From positions 83,767 to 147,766 of the forward strand of contig CASFOZ010000003.1 in assembly GCA_949296455.1 (NCBI GenBank): DNA of 64,000 bases, read 5' to 3'. Made by a program: the position numbers and the translations under genes. Position 1 is the first letter of the stretch, and each line of letters begins with the position of its first letter. Positions 30,080 to 40,063 of this stretch are shown here, in pieces. This stretch comes from an uncultured Eubacteriales bacterium (GTDB lineage Bacteria > Bacillota > Clostridia > Christensenellales > CALVMC01). The notes beneath the pieces were generated by a model, which did not search any database, was not told where the DNA came from, and saw nothing but the letters and a program-made list of their open reading frames with translations.

Positions 30080-30663
30080 CTTTCAAGCTCCCTTTCCGCC
30101 TGAGACTTTTTATAATAAGACGGAACCGCATAATCAGTGAATTCCTTGCGGGATATTTTATATTCCGAAAGTTCTATTATATTCTCTTTTTTATAAAATT
30201 CTTTTTGTTTTAATATTATATCTTTATCGTAATTTATGTCTTTTTCAGTATATTCGCCGGCTTTAATTTTGTGCAAAGTTGATTTTTCAAATTCCGCACC
30301 GTAAAAGTTACCGTTAAGACAATCTATGAATACTTTGTAATCATATCCCTTAATACGGTCGAATGCCGAAAGCGAAAATGAATCAAGCTCTATTATCTTC
30401 TTTCCTGTCGCAAATGCGAATGCGTTTATCGTACATACGCCTAGCCTTATTCCCGTGAAAGAGCCGGGACCTGTATTTACCGCAAAATAATCGATATCGA
30501 AAAGTTTCAGAGAACTTTTATTCAATATCTCTTCAATGGCAGGAAGCAAAATAGCGTTGTGTTTTTTTAATTCATTTTCGAATGTTTTAAAATAAATTCC
30601 CTTTTGGCTCTTTAATCCTACAAGAAGCATTTCAAAGGCGCTGTCGACTGCAAGTATATTCAT
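30076..30663 (-). CDS. tsaB: tRNA t6A biosynthesis protein TsaB
   Basis: ILAVDS, GPGSFTGIR motif. Confidence 0.9.
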   Translation of the reverse strand: MNILAVDSAFEMLLVGLKSQKGIYFKTFENELKKHNAILLPAIEEILNKSSLKLFDIDYFAVNTGPGSFTGIRLGVCTINAFAFATGKKIIELDSFSLSAFDRIKGYDYKVFIDCLNGNFYGAEFEKSTLHKIKAGEYTEKDINYDKDIILKQKEFYKKENIIELSEYKISRKEFTDYAVPSYYKKSQAERELER

Positions 30664-31076
30664 TATAAAGTCACTCCGTTTATTTCTATTTCTCTTCTAT
30701 CGTGCGGAAGTATTTTAATTTTTACCGAAATAATTTTTCCTTTAAGATTTTTAAACTTATTCCACTCGATTATACAGACTGCGTTTTCGTAAAGGTATTG
30801 TCTGAGCCCCAACTCATAGACATCTTCTTCATTTACTATTCTGTATAAATCGAAATGATTCACTTTAAATTTCCCGAAATATTCTTTTAAATAAGTATAA
30901 GTAGGACTTGTAACGGTTTCCTTGATATTAAGACCTTTGCAAATCCCCTTAGCAAGCAATGTTTTGCCGGCTCCCAAATCCCCATCGAGAAGAATAATTT
31001 CGCCGCCTTTAAGTTTGGATGCGATTTTTTCTCCCAATTGCAATGTATCATTTTCATTTTCGCAGAAAAATTTCAT
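30663..31076 (-). CDS. tsaE: tRNA t6A biosynthesis ATPase TsaE
   Basis: GDLGAGKT, SPTY, HFDLYR, IIEW. Confidence 0.95.
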   Translation of the reverse strand: MKFFCENENDTLQLGEKIASKLKGGEIILLDGDLGAGKTLLAKGICKGLNIKETVTSPTYTYLKEYFGKFKVNHFDLYRIVNEEDVYELGLRQYLYENAVCIIEWNKFKNLKGKIISVKIKILPHDRREIEINGVTL

Positions 31077-31111
31077 GAATCAATTATAACCCTAAGTAAA
31101 TAATTTAGCAA
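31077..31111 (-). promoter_or_regulatory. SigA promoter of the tsaE operon, probable leaderless transcript
   Basis: TTGCTA-17-TATAAT-tgattc-ATG; no SD. Confidence 0.65.
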
Positions 31112-31130
31112 TTAATTGTAACCCAAACGC

Positions 31131-31159
31131 TTTACAAAGCATATATTATGATGTAAAAT
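31131..31159 (+). promoter_or_regulatory. SigA promoter of the FMN riboswitch-ribU transcript
   Basis: TTTACA-17-TAAAAT just upstream of the aptamer. Confidence 0.65.
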
Positions 31160-31163
31160 TAGA

Positions 31164-31278
31164 TTATTCTTTGGGGCGGAGTGAAAATCTCCACCGGCGG
31201 TATAGTCCGCAAGCCTGTATGGCAGAGAAGGGCGCAATTCCCTCACCGACAGTTAAAGTCTGGATGGTAAAAGAATAA
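31164..31278 (+). ncRNA. FMN riboswitch (RFN element)
   Basis: GGGGCGGAGTGAAAATCTCCACCGGCGGTATAGTCCGC...GCAATTCC...ACCGACAGTTAAAGTCTGGATG, closed by P1 ttattcttt/aaagaataa; upstream of a RibU-like gene. Confidence 0.9.
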
Positions 31279-31298
31279 AATTCATATCATTCTTTTAT

Positions 31299-31322
31299 GC
31301 CCCTGTTTCAAGGGTTTTTTTA
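31299..31322 (+). terminator. Riboswitch expression-platform terminator
   Basis: ccct-gtttca-aggg followed by a T-run. Confidence 0.6.
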
Positions 31323-31343
31323 TACCCTTAAAGGCGGTGTTTT

Positions 31344-32201
31344 ATGAAAAAGAAATTCTCTCTGAGTACAAGAAAAATTGCTGGAATAGGTATGCTTGCG
31401 GCGCTTAGCATAATACTTGTCACATTCATACATTTTTCTATTTTTCCTGCAGTAAGCTTTCTCGAATATGACCCTGCGGACATACCGATATTTATAGGAA
31501 CTTTTGTATACGGTCCTACCGTCGGAATAATTCTTACGATAGTTGTAAGCGTTTTGCAAGGTTTAACTGTCAGCGCAGGAAGCGGCTGGATAGGAATAGT
31601 TATGCATATTATTGCGACGGGAAGTTTCGTACTTACGGCAGGTTTTATTTATAAATATCATAAAACTCTTAAAGGTGCGATAATTTCTCTTGTATCGGGG
31701 TGTCTCGTATGGGTATCGGTAATGATGCTGTGCAACCTTGCTTTAACGCCTTTATTCTTTCCGGATTACGATTCGGGATTTAAAACCGTACTTGAACTGT
31801 TAATTCCCTTCATTCTTCCTTTTAACCTTATAAAAGCGGGCGTAAACAGTGTTATAACATTTATACTTTATAAGAGTATGCATAAATTTTTGAAGAAGTA
31901 TTTTGATGAACCTGAAAAAAGCAATAAGTCCACGCAATCGGAACAAAATTTTTCTTGCGAGACAAGTGAAAATTCCAAAACCGAAACTCAGAATAATTTG
32001 AAAATCAACGAACAAAACGATTTCGAAAAAGAGACAGTTACTAATGATGTCGATAACGAAAAGACTCCGGAAATTTTAACGGCTTCCGCAACGGAAAAAA
32101 ATGAAAATGCCTTTTCGCTTACCGACACAAAAAGCCGTAACGATGTTAAAAATAATTCTGACAAAAACAAAAATTTAAAAACAGAAAAAAACAGTCTTTA
32201 A
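31344..32201 (+). CDS. ribU: ECF transporter S component, riboflavin transporter RibU-like, with long polar C-terminal tail
   Basis: FLEYDPADIP, PFNLIKA motifs; multiple TM helices; FMN riboswitch upstream. Confidence 0.85.
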   Translation: MKKKFSLSTRKIAGIGMLAALSIILVTFIHFSIFPAVSFLEYDPADIPIFIGTFVYGPTVGIILTIVVSVLQGLTVSAGSGWIGIVMHIIATGSFVLTAGFIYKYHKTLKGAIISLVSGCLVWVSVMMLCNLALTPLFFPDYDSGFKTVLELLIPFILPFNLIKAGVNSVITFILYKSMHKFLKKYFDEPEKSNKSTQSEQNFSCETSENSKTETQNNLKINEQNDFEKETVTNDVDNEKTPEILTASATEKNENAFSLTDTKSRNDVKNNSDKNKNLKTEKNSL

Positions 32202-32359
32202 AACCTGTAAACGATAAAATAAAATTGTCTGATTTATTAAAGTATTATTTAATTAAATTAATCGTTAATAATTTAAATTAAATTGAAAAAACGAGTTAAA
32301 ATGAATTCTGAGCCAAAAAATACTTTAAAACGCAAAAATCGTATAATTGTCTTTATAAA

Positions 32360-32388
32360 AAATACCGCTGAATTATTCAGCGGTATTT
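32360..32388. terminator. Hairpin overlapping the pflA stop, between convergent genes
   Basis: aaataccgctgaat-t-attcagcggtattt perfect inverted repeat. Confidence 0.6.
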
Positions 32389-33089
32389 AACTTTTTTAAA
32401 TAGCTGTTAAGTTCATCCAATCTTTCAGCCGATAATGCTTTATATCCTTTCAACGGATTATCGATTTTAAGTTTTTCGTATTTTGAAAACCCCATTGTGT
32501 GAAAAGGCAAAAGCTCGTATTTTTCCACGCACGAATATTTTTGAGTTATGCGAAATATTTTTTCCACAAACTCTTCCCTATCGTTTATACCCGGAATAAT
32601 TACCGTCCTTATCCAAGTACGAACCTTATGTTTATTTGCCTTTTCAAGAAAATCAAGTACCGAATCCAAAGTACAGCCTGCAAATTTCAAATAACTTTCA
32701 TTATCAGCTTGCTTTATATCGAGAAGCAAATGGTCGGTAAAATTCAATATATTGTCGGTATGTTCATCAATTATACTTCCCGAAGTATCGAGTGCAGTAT
32801 TAATTTCTTTCTCTTTGAGCAATCCGAAAAATTCCTCTACAAACGCACCTTGCAAAAGAGGTTCTCCTCCCGAAAGAGTCACTCCGCCTTTTTCCGAAAA
32901 ATACGGACGGTATCTTTCTATTTTTTTTACAAGTTCCTGACTGTCAATAATAATGGCGTCTCCGTTCCATGTATCGGGATTATGACAGCATAAGCATCGT
33001 AAATTGCAACCTTTAAGAAAGACTGCAAATCTTATTCCTTCTCCGTCAAGAGTAGCGAAACTTTCATATGAGTGGACTCTTGCATTCAT
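32373..33089 (-). CDS. pflA: Pyruvate formate-lyase activating enzyme (radical SAM)
   Basis: [33 protein letters not shown]. Confidence 0.95.
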   Translation of the reverse strand: MNARVHSYESFATLDGEGIRFAVFLKGCNLRCLCCHNPDTWNGDAIIIDSQELVKKIERYRPYFSEKGGVTLSGGEPLLQGAFVEEFFGLLKEKEINTALDTSGSIIDEHTDNILNFTDHLLLDIKQADNESYLKFAGCTLDSVLDFLEKANKHKVRTWIRTVIIPGINDREEFVEKIFRITQKYSCVEKYELLPFHTMGFSKYEKLKIDNPLKGYKALSAERLDELNSYLKKLNTAE

Positions 33090-35314
33090 AATTTTTCGTG
33101 GAACGTTCTGTTTATAACTTCCTGTTGCTGATTTCTGTTAAGCTTATTGAAGTTTACGGCATATCCGCTGACTCTTATTGTAAGATTAGGATATTTACCG
33201 GGATTTTCCATTGCGTCAATAAGTTTTTCTCTGTTGAGAACATTTACATTAAGATGGTGAGCATTTTGTTTAAAGTAACCTGTAAGAACATTTACGAGAT
33301 TTGACTTTTTATCATCAAGCGTTTCGCCCAAAATATTCGGAGTCAAAGTAAAAGTATTAGATATACCGTCAAGACAAGTGCAGTATTCGAGTTTTGCAAC
33401 GGAGTTAAGGCTTGCCAAAGCACCCGTAATATCTCTGCCGTGCATAGGATTTGCGCCCGGTGCAAAAGGTTCTCCTTTTTTTCTCATATCAGGGGTATTG
33501 CCCGTCTTTTTACCGTAAACTACATTCGAGGTAATAGTCAATATAGACAGAGTATGCTTTGCGTTTCTGTAAGTTTTATTGGATTTTAAATTAGCATAAA
33601 AATCTTCCGTTATCCATTTTGCTATCGAATCTACCCTGTCGTCATCGTTACCGTATTTAGGGAAATCTCCTTCCACTTCAAAATCGGTAATAAGTCCTCT
33701 TTCGTCTTTTATTGCTCTGACTTTTGCATATTTGATAGCGCTCAAACTGTCTGTAAGAACCGAAAGACCGCAAATACCGAATGCCATAAGTCTTTCGACG
33801 TTTGTGTCGTGTAAACTCATCATAAGTCTTTCATACGCATATTTATCGTGCATAAAATGAATTATATTCAAAGTATTTACATATAGTTTTGCAATTTGTT
33901 TACTTTGTTTTTTATAAGCTTCTATAACTTTATCGTAATCTAAAATTCCTTCGTCGAATACGGGTGATTTTTTTGTTATCTGCAAATTGTAAATTTCGTC
34001 ACGGCCTCCGTTCAAAGCAAGTAAAAGAACCTTCGCAAGATTGCAGCGTGCGCCGAAGTATTGCATTTGTTTTCCTGTCTTCATTGCAGAAACGCAGCAT
34101 GCAATCGAATAGTCGTCACCGTATATAGGACGCATAACATCGTCGTTTTCATATTGAATTGAATCCGTTTCGATAGATACTTTTGCACAGAACTTTTTAA
34201 AATTTTCCGGAAGTTTATCGCTCCACAAAATCGTAATGTTAGGTTCGGAACACGTACCTAAATTATATTCGGTATTTAGCATTCTGAAATTGGTTTTTGT
34301 TACCATATGCTTAAAATCGGAAGTCAATCCGCCTTCTGCCGTAGTTACCCAAGTAGGGTCGCCTGCGAAAAGCTCATTGTACTCTTCTGTACGAAGATGT
34401 CGTACAAGTCTGAGCTTTAAAACAAAGTCGTCGATAATTTCCTGCGCACGGCTTTCGTCAATGGTCCCTTCTTTAAGGTCACGGGTGAAATAAATATCCA
34501 AAAACGTTGAAATTCTCCCAATTGAATTTGCAGCGCCGTTTTGTTCCTTTACTGCGCCGAGATAACCGAAATAAAGCCATTGAACGGCTTCCAATGCATT
34601 TGAAGCCGGTCTTGAAATATCGAAACCGTACTCTTTTGCCATAACTTTAAGTCTTTCCATGAATTCGAGTTGCTTGTATAACTCTTCGGAAAGCCTTATG
34701 TTTTCATCGTTCATTGTTTTGGTTGCAAGATTTTCTTTATCTTTCTTTTTGCATTCAATGAGAAAATCCATTCCATAAAGAGGAATTCTTCTGTAATCGC
34801 CTATAATTCTACCTCTTCCGTAAGCGTCGGGCAGTCCTGTAATTACGCCTGCATGACGAGCTGCTCGCATTTGCTGGCTGTAAACTCTGAAAACTCCGTC
34901 GTTATGAGTAGTTCTGTAAGTAAATTCGTCTTTAATTTTATCCGAAAGTTTATAACCGTACTGTTCGCAAGCCTTTTCGCTTAATCTTATTCCCCCGAAA
35001 GGGTTAACGGCTCTTTTTAAAGGTTTATCAGTTTGAAGTCCGAAGATAACTTCGTTTTCTTTATCTATATAGCCGGGTTTAAAAGAAAGCAAGGATGAAA
35101 CATGTTCTGTATCTACATCTAAAACTCCGCCTTTTTCGGTTTCGAGTTTAAAAAGCTCCTGAACCTTGTCGGAAATTTTTTTCGTTCTTTGAGTAGGTCC
35201 TTGAAGAAAACTTTCGTCACCGTCATAAGGGGTGTAATTTTTACGGATAAAATCCGCTACATCGATATTTGTTTCCCAATTACCGCCGTTAAAATTTCTC
35301 CATTCTTTAATCAT
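33086..35314 (-). CDS. pflB: Pyruvate formate-lyase (formate C-acetyltransferase)
   Basis: [42 protein letters not shown] glycyl-radical motif. Confidence 0.97.
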   Translation of the reverse strand: MIKEWRNFNGGNWETNIDVADFIRKNYTPYDGDESFLQGPTQRTKKISDKVQELFKLETEKGGVLDVDTEHVSSLLSFKPGYIDKENEVIFGLQTDKPLKRAVNPFGGIRLSEKACEQYGYKLSDKIKDEFTYRTTHNDGVFRVYSQQMRAARHAGVITGLPDAYGRGRIIGDYRRIPLYGMDFLIECKKKDKENLATKTMNDENIRLSEELYKQLEFMERLKVMAKEYGFDISRPASNALEAVQWLYFGYLGAVKEQNGAANSIGRISTFLDIYFTRDLKEGTIDESRAQEIIDDFVLKLRLVRHLRTEEYNELFAGDPTWVTTAEGGLTSDFKHMVTKTNFRMLNTEYNLGTCSEPNITILWSDKLPENFKKFCAKVSIETDSIQYENDDVMRPIYGDDYSIACCVSAMKTGKQMQYFGARCNLAKVLLLALNGGRDEIYNLQITKKSPVFDEGILDYDKVIEAYKKQSKQIAKLYVNTLNIIHFMHDKYAYERLMMSLHDTNVERLMAFGICGLSVLTDSLSAIKYAKVRAIKDERGLITDFEVEGDFPKYGNDDDRVDSIAKWITEDFYANLKSNKTYRNAKHTLSILTITSNVVYGKKTGNTPDMRKKGEPFAPGANPMHGRDITGALASLNSVAKLEYCTCLDGISNTFTLTPNILGETLDDKKSNLVNVLTGYFKQNAHHLNVNVLNREKLIDAMENPGKYPNLTIRVSGYAVNFNKLNRNQQQEVINRTFHEKL

Positions 35315-35327
35315 ACAAACCTCCTTA

Positions 35328-35365
35328 AAAACACAAAACCATCTAAGCTAAATTTAGCCCAGACG
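35328..35365 (-). terminator. ZTP riboswitch terminator overlapping the 3' aptamer strand
   Basis: gtctgggcta-aat-ttagcttagat hairpin followed by ggttttgtgttttt. Confidence 0.6.
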
Positions 35366-35430
35366 GTCGGCATATACCGCTTCCTGCTCCCCCATAGTAA
35401 CCTATGTATCCGTCAGTTGCAGAAAGACGC
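35356..35430 (-). ncRNA. ZTP (pfl) riboswitch
   Basis: tttctgcAACTGACGGA...GGGAGCaggaag...GCCGACCGTCTGGGC, including the GACGG/CCGTC pseudoknot; upstream of pflB; TTTACA-17-TATAAT promoter at 35486-35458. Confidence 0.9.
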
Positions 35431-35556
35431 TCAGATTTTTGAATGTTTTATAGTTTTATTATAACCGTCTTTAATACATTTGTAAAGCGATTTTTAATAT
35501 TTATTCCTATTTTTAATTTTTGCTACTATATATTATTTATCAAAAAACAGATAATA

Positions 35557-36252
35557 TTAATTTTCGTCCGATTCAAAATGAGAGATATGTTCGGGTGAAT
35601 TGATTAATACATCGTTTATATAAAGTCTGAACTGACAACCTAAAAATCTTGCCGCTTTTTCACTCATAATCATTCTTTTGAGATAAATCTGAAAGTAATC
35701 CATAACGGAAGAACTTTCATTCATATAAAATTTTGAAGAAATAATCTTATTTCCTTTATCCACAAATACAGAATTTTTAAGAATAGCGTAATTTACTCTG
35801 TCGTGAATATCGTTAGCATCGAAATCGTTTCTTCCTACCCTTGTTCTGTGAGCGTCGCTTTTATCGGCGATAACGACAGCTGCCCCCACAGGATTTACTA
35901 TTGCGCCTATTTCTTCTTCGTGGTTTCCTATAGCTGCAATAATAACTCCGATATCTTCAAGCGGCATACCCATTTTTACAAATATAGGATAAAGCAATAT
36001 TGCTCCCGTTATTCCGTGATTGTTTCGGTTTACGGAATTTCCGACATCGTGAACGTATCCTGCGATTTTAGCAAGTTCTTGAAGCCGTTCATCATACCCT
36101 ATTTCTTTTAATATACGATATGCGGTATTCGAAACATAACTTGCGTGTCTCAGTCCGTGTTCTGTATAACTCATAGCCGTAAGACAGTCACACGATGCTT
36201 TCAGTAACATACTAATTTCTTCGTTATTTTTTATATCTTCAAGCGTAATCAT
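35557..36252 (-). CDS. HD-domain phosphohydrolase
   Basis: EHGLRH...HDVGN...HG...NHEE...ADKSD metal-binding residues. Confidence 0.85.
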   Translation of the reverse strand: MITLEDIKNNEEISMLLKASCDCLTAMSYTEHGLRHASYVSNTAYRILKEIGYDERLQELAKIAGYVHDVGNSVNRNNHGITGAILLYPIFVKMGMPLEDIGVIIAAIGNHEEEIGAIVNPVGAAVVIADKSDAHRTRVGRNDFDANDIHDRVNYAILKNSVFVDKGNKIISSKFYMNESSSVMDYFQIYLKRMIMSEKAARFLGCQFRLYINDVLINSPEHISHFESDEN

Positions 36253-36269
36253 ATTTTCACCTGCAATTA

Positions 36270-37976
36270 TTATACCATAAATTTATCCGATAAATTCAAA
36301 CTGTTTATATACTTTTTAAAAATTCCTTCGTTGACTTCGAAATCGGGGCAATTTTTTATAGCTTGTTCATAACTATATTCGGAAGAAAGCGCAAGAGCAA
36401 TGTAAGAAAGGGTTTTATCGGAATACAATTTGATTTTAGCGTTATTCATGGCTTTTTCGATTATGCTTACGGCATTTAGAAGTTTTTCTATGGATACAAT
36501 CTGATTCTGATAATAGAAAAACTGCAAAGCGACTATGAAAATTCTGTTCATTTGAGATTTTTCGGGAAGCGGTGAAATATGGGCAATATTAACCTTCCCC
36601 AACATATCGTTAAGACAAAGAGAATATTCACCTACATTTCCCGTTTTGTAATGATAAACCAATTGAAAAATAATATAGTATTTTATTTGGTCGGGAACGG
36701 ACGGCGAAGCTATTATGTATTTAAAATAATCTTCTATTACATAATTTTGTTTTTCGAAAAGCAAATTAACTGCGTTTATGGTATCCTTTTTGTTCGGACA
36801 AAGTTTTAATGCAAAATAAAAAATCTTTCTGATTTGTTCGCTGTTATTAAATTCATCGACAAATTTATCTTCGTTTGATTTTAATAGGTCGAACAATGAA
36901 ATAAATTGTTCTTCGAGATTTTTAGGATAATTTAAAGTTATATCGGTTATAAGCGGTTGACTGTCTGATTTCAAAAAATATTCTGCGTAAAACTCACTAG
37001 GATAAATATCCCTGTATAGTTTATACATATTCATCATTATTTCTTTTGCTTTTTGCTTTTCGCCGCAAAAAGAATATGTAAAAGCAAGAAATTTATTGCT
37101 TTCAAAATCGAAATTATCCCCTCTTTCCCATTCGTCTTTAGCAAAATTCAAAGCCTCGGAAAAGTTACCTGCTTGTAAATTTAAAATTATTCTTCTTTTA
37201 GAGTGAACATATCTTTTAAGCTCTTTATAAGAATTGATTTTTTCGAGAACTTTTATTAACTCTTCTCTATTATCTTCTGCTACCAAAAGTTCGGCTTTAG
37301 CAAAATAAAATTCCGGTGTATCATTAAAATTTTTTTCCATAAATCGAAGACTTGTGTTTGCAGTATGTAAATCCCCCGATTTAATCAATGTGAAAATATA
37401 CAATTCGCATGCAAAAGAATTCTTACGGGATAACTTTTCAAAATCTTCTAAAACATAATTTAAATTCACATAATCTTTTCTATCAATGCAAGCGCATGAT
37501 TCCAAAAGCAAATCGGCGGCTTCCTCTTCTCTTTCCTGACTTAACAGAACTATATCGTCATTTCCGACATTGATAAAATTTTCGAAGAGTCTTTCCATAT
37601 TTTCGCCGTACTCATCGCTTAAAATGCCACCGTCTGTTTCTATTTCGTCTGCTTCGAGCGAAAGTTTTCCGAACATCAATTTAGATATGGGAGTATTCGA
37701 CCCGCTGAGATTCAGTATATAATGAAAAGTACATTCCTGAACACTGTAATTATCTGCAATAAGTCTTGAAAGAATTTCGTTTGATTCTCTGAAACAACCC
37801 TCGCCCGTCAATATGTCTGCAATTCTTTTCAGATAGCGCATCGATATGATTTTATTAGGACAATTTTTAGAGGCAAGATACAAATTATCGAGACAACCGG
37901 CAATATCGTTTCTGTCAAAACAATCATCGGCGTTTTCTTCGTATATTTTATATGATTTTCTGAAATCAATTATCAT
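36270..37976 (-). CDS. Hypothetical alpha-helical, TPR-like protein
   Basis: Long ORF with repeated amphipathic helices (AGNFSEALNF, GEKQKAKEIM); overlaps the end of hslO. Confidence 0.55.
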   Translation of the reverse strand: MIIDFRKSYKIYEENADDCFDRNDIAGCLDNLYLASKNCPNKIISMRYLKRIADILTGEGCFRESNEILSRLIADNYSVQECTFHYILNLSGSNTPISKLMFGKLSLEADEIETDGGILSDEYGENMERLFENFINVGNDDIVLLSQEREEEAADLLLESCACIDRKDYVNLNYVLEDFEKLSRKNSFACELYIFTLIKSGDLHTANTSLRFMEKNFNDTPEFYFAKAELLVAEDNREELIKVLEKINSYKELKRYVHSKRRIILNLQAGNFSEALNFAKDEWERGDNFDFESNKFLAFTYSFCGEKQKAKEIMMNMYKLYRDIYPSEFYAEYFLKSDSQPLITDITLNYPKNLEEQFISLFDLLKSNEDKFVDEFNNSEQIRKIFYFALKLCPNKKDTINAVNLLFEKQNYVIEDYFKYIIASPSVPDQIKYYIIFQLVYHYKTGNVGEYSLCLNDMLGKVNIAHISPLPEKSQMNRIFIVALQFFYYQNQIVSIEKLLNAVSIIEKAMNNAKIKLYSDKTLSYIALALSSEYSYEQAIKNCPDFEVNEGIFKKYINSLNLSDKFMV

Positions 37977-38832
37977 TTTTGAATAATCCCGTAACTTTTT
38001 CTCTGTCGTAAATATAATTTTTTTCGCAGAATTCGCATTTGACTTCTATTCTGCCTTCTTTATCTAAAATATCGAAAGCTTCGTCTTTTCCGAGACTTAA
38101 AATAACTTCATCGATTTTTTTGTCGCTGCAATCGCACTCATATTTGAACTTACGGCTTTCCAATTTTTTATAATCGAAATGACCGAAGTATTTTTCAAAA
38201 ATTTCTTCATAAGAATATTCTTCAATCATTGCTGAAAAATCTTTGAAATTAGTAAGAATATCTTCAATAACCGTTATTATCTCATCGGGACAATCCGGCA
38301 TAGGTTCGGCAATCATAGCAAGACTTTTGACTTTGTCTTCTCTTATTATTTCTCCGCTCACAATAGCGCAAGGACGGTTTTCGGAAGCGGTAAAATAATA
38401 TGCAAAGTCGCTGTAAATCTGTCCTGTTAAAATTTTACATTTACTGGAATAAGGCATTTTACCGCCCGTATCTTTAATAATCTGTAAAAAACCGTTTTTA
38501 CCTAAAACCTTTGCGGTATCATACCCGTTACCCTTATAATACGAAATATGCGAAGTTTGTGTAAGATAACCTTTCGCTTTCAATGAACCGTTACAAGCCG
38601 TTACGATTTTCTGTCCGCAATCGTCGAAAGTCATAATAACCGAAAGTTTATCGCTTTTATTTTTAAAGCCGGATGCAGTAAAAACAGTAAGAGTTAAGGT
38701 TCTTATTAACTCGGCTGCCGACATTTCCGAAAGCTTATGAACTTTAATAACATCTTCGGCAAGAGTATCGGCAATTACGAATGTAATTAAAACACGGTCG
38801 TTTAAAATCAAATATTTTTCTATACTGTTCAT
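37966..38832 (-). CDS. hslO: Redox-regulated chaperone Hsp33
   Basis: C-terminal CDC...CEFC zinc switch; DFAYYFTASE; N-terminus divergent. Confidence 0.85.
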   Translation of the reverse strand: MNSIEKYLILNDRVLITFVIADTLAEDVIKVHKLSEMSAAELIRTLTLTVFTASGFKNKSDKLSVIMTFDDCGQKIVTACNGSLKAKGYLTQTSHISYYKGNGYDTAKVLGKNGFLQIIKDTGGKMPYSSKCKILTGQIYSDFAYYFTASENRPCAIVSGEIIREDKVKSLAMIAEPMPDCPDEIITVIEDILTNFKDFSAMIEEYSYEEIFEKYFGHFDYKKLESRKFKYECDCSDKKIDEVILSLGKDEAFDILDKEGRIEVKCEFCEKNYIYDREKVTGLFKNDN

Positions 38833-40052
38833 TTGTTATCGTTACTCTGATTGTTGGTTATTTCTATTTTCATCGAATCGTCGTTTTCAACAGAATTGTT
38901 CGAAGGTTGTTGAGTAGGTTTCTTCTTTTTCTTATATGGCGGTCTGTAATTCTGATTTTTGTTTTTATTAATAGAATTGTTTTTATTAGGCTGAATATTA
39001 ACGTTTTCTTTATCGGAATCTTTTACAGATAAATCCTTATCCGCAACAGCCTTTTCCGTACCGCCATTGCCCTTTTTGCTATTATTATATTTTGCAGATA
39101 AATTATTTTTGTTTTTGTTTTTATTTTCATCTTTGACGGCAAATGTTTTTTTGTTTGGATTTAATTTCTGTTCGTAAAGCGGCGTAATTATCCCGTCATA
39201 TTTTGCCTGAGCTAAAGCGGTATACATCAAAGCATAAAACGAAAAACCTACAAAGCCCATAAAAATTATAATTATGAAACTCATAAAGGAAATAAAAGAT
39301 AAAAACAAAAGAGCCGTGGCAATCACAACAATTAAATCCGCAAGAGGAGTAGTAACAGAAAGTATAGAAGCGTTTTTGATTAAGTCTTTAAAGGAAAATT
39401 TGTAATGCACCACAAGCGGACAAAGGTTGACAAAAAATACAAAAACGGCAAGCGCCAAAAGCGCACAAATTACTATGACAAGATAACTCCACCAAGCTGC
39501 GGTTTTCAATACTATAAATTCAAGTTGCATAATTATAAGATATGCAAACAAAGCGACAAATCCGCCAAGCAGAGTGAATATGATTATAAATTTCCACCAG
39601 TGAAGTTTTATTCCTCTGAAAAAATGTTTTAAAGTCTTAACATTTGCTTCCCACATAAAATTTCTTGCGCAAAAGAAAAGTCCGCTTGCTCCGAGCCCTG
39701 CAAATGTAAAACAAGGAATGGTAAGGAGAAAGGCAAATTCGAAAACTTCCAAAACCATATATTCCGCATTAGTAGTATCTGTGTTAAGTCCCGGATACCC
39801 TAAACCGATATTTCCCATAAGATTAAGGTCTGCGTTAATCGCATTTACAAGACCGGGAACAAGCCAGAAAAAGATAACGAAAAAAGGTATTAAAAAAACA
39901 AGAAAAATAAGATTTATCAATACCAAATCGATAAAGCGGGTTTTAAATATCCGAAAGAATTCGGAAATCATTCCCCCTTTTCTTTCAACAGCGTTTACTC
40001 TTAAATCTTTTTCGGGTGTTATTTTCGAATACAACACTTCCCTAATTGACAT
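38829..40052 (-). CDS. Multi-pass membrane protein (DUF624/YesL-like) with Asn/Lys-rich tail
   Basis: About six hydrophobic segments, HFFRGIKLHW motif, low-complexity C-terminal ~110 aa. Confidence 0.55.
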   Translation of the reverse strand: MSIREVLYSKITPEKDLRVNAVERKGGMISEFFRIFKTRFIDLVLINLIFLVFLIPFFVIFFWLVPGLVNAINADLNLMGNIGLGYPGLNTDTTNAEYMVLEVFEFAFLLTIPCFTFAGLGASGLFFCARNFMWEANVKTLKHFFRGIKLHWWKFIIIFTLLGGFVALFAYLIIMQLEFIVLKTAAWWSYLVIVICALLALAVFVFFVNLCPLVVHYKFSFKDLIKNASILSVTTPLADLIVVIATALLFLSFISFMSFIIIIFMGFVGFSFYALMYTALAQAKYDGIITPLYEQKLNPNKKTFAVKDENKNKNKNNLSAKYNNSKKGNGGTEKAVADKDLSVKDSDKENVNIQPNKNNSINKNKNQNYRPPYKKKKKPTQQPSNNSVENDDSMKIEITNNQSNDNK

Positions 40053-40063
40053 ATAAAACTCCT

